A DNA stretch of 64,000 bases. It comes from Felis catus (lineage: Eukaryota). Every line of letters begins with the position of its first letter. Position 1 is the stretch's first letter. Made by a program: the position numbers and the translations under genes. The DNA lies in NCBI RefSeq assembly GCF_018350175.1, contig NC_058368.1, positions 208,818,001 through 208,882,000 of the forward strand. The letters run 5' to 3'. The notes beneath the pieces were generated by a model. It had not been told where the DNA came from. It saw only the letters and a list, made by a program, of their open reading frames with translations, and made no database searches. Shown in pieces: positions 61,571 to 64,000 of this stretch.

Positions 61571-64000
61571 GGGGGAGATACAGGGGGGTAATTTATATAT
61601 ACTATACATTCTAATCCACTGGGGCTGCTGGGACCATGAACTCCAATTTCCAGATAAAGAAGGTTTCTGAGAGGCTGAGGGACTTGCCCAGATTGAAGAG
61701 CTGAAAAATTAGGTTCCCAGAACTCTCAGCTCTTACGTCATAATTATTTCAGGTAGGTAAAGGCTCTTGTCCCAAGTGACTCATTCTAGGTGCTATCATT
61801 ACTTCACAGAAAACTCAATGAAGATCTGATTTCATGTGTACTGAATTCCAGCCACACCACGGCAAAGGCCATATGATGAGAAGGGACCAGAGTGAGCAAG
61901 TGACATCATGGGCCAAATAGAGCCACTACTCAAACGTGCACCGCAGGCTCCCTACACAATCCCTAATTATAGTTCCTGAGGAAGTGCTGTACAATAACAC
62001 ACTGTACAGAAGCCAATGGATCATTGTCAGTGGGCCAGACGGTCTTTTTAATCTGGGTTGATATTTGGAAGATAATGTGCAACAAGCTCAATGAGGTTTT
62101 TGTGGTGGGCTTTTGGCTGAACAGGTCATAAATCTTTCACGTTCCAGAGAAAGGCCTGTCCAGCTTGTGAGTGAACAGGCTCTTCTAAACTTTGGAATTA
62201 AAAGTATTCCTGACCTTAAAGCCTTCTCTCCTCATGTCCCAAAGAAAGGGAACACAAAGAGGTCACAAAGTTCACGTAAATATGTGTGTATCCTACACGC
62301 AACGCGACGTTCACCTACCGCTGCTCCTCCAGCTGCATTGACCCAACGTGGTCTGGCCAAGACAAACAGGGATTTCGTTCCAACTCTTCTGGGTTTAATG
62401 ACGATAGTTGAGTAACTTCCCTGAAGTCCCCAAACCATAAGAGGCAGGGTCTGGAAACTGCGTGTCTCCAAGCTGAGGGTCATACTATCTCATAACCACT
62501 CTGAGCCTCTGGTTCCTCGTGCACATTGAGATGGTCTCTGCCTTGCAGCTCAGCTGTGACTGTCAATACCTGGAAAGTGTCTCACATAGGGTGTAGATGG
62601 TGGCAAAAGTTCAGCAAATGATCTCTACTAATTCCAGGACGGTGGCAAGAGAGTACATGAAACATTCAAAATGGAATTAAAATGAATGTAAATTATACAA
62701 ATAGTACACTCTGATTTACCCAGAATGACGGAGACTGACATTTGAGCATCGCATGTACATCGGAGCTGTTATTTAACATAAAGTAATAACACATTTCCCA
62801 TTCAGCAGCTAAAATTTGACTGGGAATATTTGCTTCACTGTGCTCCCCCTGTGTGACTCATTCATTCATGATTCCCCAAGTCCTTTAAGGTCTTGCTACG
62901 CTTGTGATCCTTGAAAGCAGCACAGTTTTGGAAAATGCGCATAATGATGCCAATGCTGTTTCCCGCCGAGGCTGGATTTTGCCTTCCGTTAGTTGATAAA
63001 CATATATTACTCTTACTGGATTCATTTGCGCCAGATACAGTGCTAGATGCTGGCTCTGCAAGCAAATGGAAAGTATGGTCACTGGCATCGCGTAGTTTCC
63101 GTTCTAGTGGGGCGGAAGGCCTGGGAGCCCCAGGTCAGATGTGGCGTACTAAGAGCTACAAAAGCAGTAAATTCCGTCTGTGGGAATTCATAACTGAACC
63201 CCACCAGGATTTAGTCCCACTGAGTTCCAGTTCGGAGAAACGCAGGGGAGAGGCGAAGCTGGCCTCCTTGCAGCTGACGCAGACCCGGCGAGGGCGGCCT
63301 GTTCTCCTCACCTCACCCTACTCTCCTTAGCGTATCACTTTCTATCACCCTATCCTTAGCTCCTGCCACCCAGAAATTTTTCTCCAGATGGGAGGAGGAC
63401 TGGCAATCAGCTCCCCTCCCTTGTGTAATCGAATATCTCACCCTGAAGATATGCTCAGACTTTCTGGCCTGCACTCAGCCCTCCGGTTTGCAGCATGGCA
63501 CGAAGCAGCCAGCCAGCCTGCCCAGAGCCCCACCAGTTTCTAATTAAAACAGAGCAAGTGTTTCTTTAGACACAGACCGATTTCTTGGAGGAGAAACAGC
63601 AGGTTCCTCTAAGGTTGGCCTTCAGGTCTCACACACACATGGGCTGTTTGTGAAGGAAAGGCAAATAGGCTGTTTTTAGAAAGTACAAATGGATGTATTA
63701 TTATTATCAATTGTCATTTTAACCATACTGCCACCTGACACTGACTACAAAGAACTTAAGTATGTCTCTGGGATGGCATTCAATAGATGGCGGTGGGGGG
63801 TGGGGGGGGCAGGTGTAGCATTATTTTGATAATGTGTAGGAACTGCAAAAATTAAAAAAATCATTTCCTGTCTCCCTTAGGTTACAACAATTTACCTAAT
63901 CCTCTCCATATTGATCATATCCAGCACCGTGCTATGGAAATGTAAACATTTCTGAAAATAAAACAGCTTTTATAATTAAAAGTTAAAAATAAAAACTCAA

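Overview
This is mammalian genomic DNA, almost certainly felid, because its SINEs are tRNA-derived Can-SINEs of the cat SINEC_Fc type. It contains one complete protein-coding gene, GDNF (glial cell line-derived neurotrophic factor), on the + strand. The gene has a TATA/CRE-like promoter at ~15.6 kb and a CpG-island non-coding exon 1 ending at 16725. Exon 2 (21323-21499) holds the ATG at 21349 and an alternative donor at 21421|21422. A ~19 kb intron 2 leads to exon 3 (from 40609), with stop 41091-41093 and a ~2.7 kb 3'UTR ending at AATAAA 43764. The spliced CDS is 636 nt (211 aa pre-alpha-pro-GDNF); the alternative donor gives 185 aa. The rest is intronic/intergenic DNA full of Can-SINEs (many with clear TSDs), L1/L2/MIR fragments, MaLR and ERV1 LTRs, hAT MITEs and microsatellites. 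Almost all other ORFs in the track are spurious. The most interesting signal appears only after splicing: uORF1 stops where uORF2 starts (TAATG), and uORF2 crosses the exon 1-2 junction to stop on the GDNF start codon (ATGA). Repeat family names and all human comparisons are from memory, not from searches. Boundaries of old repeats are approximate.
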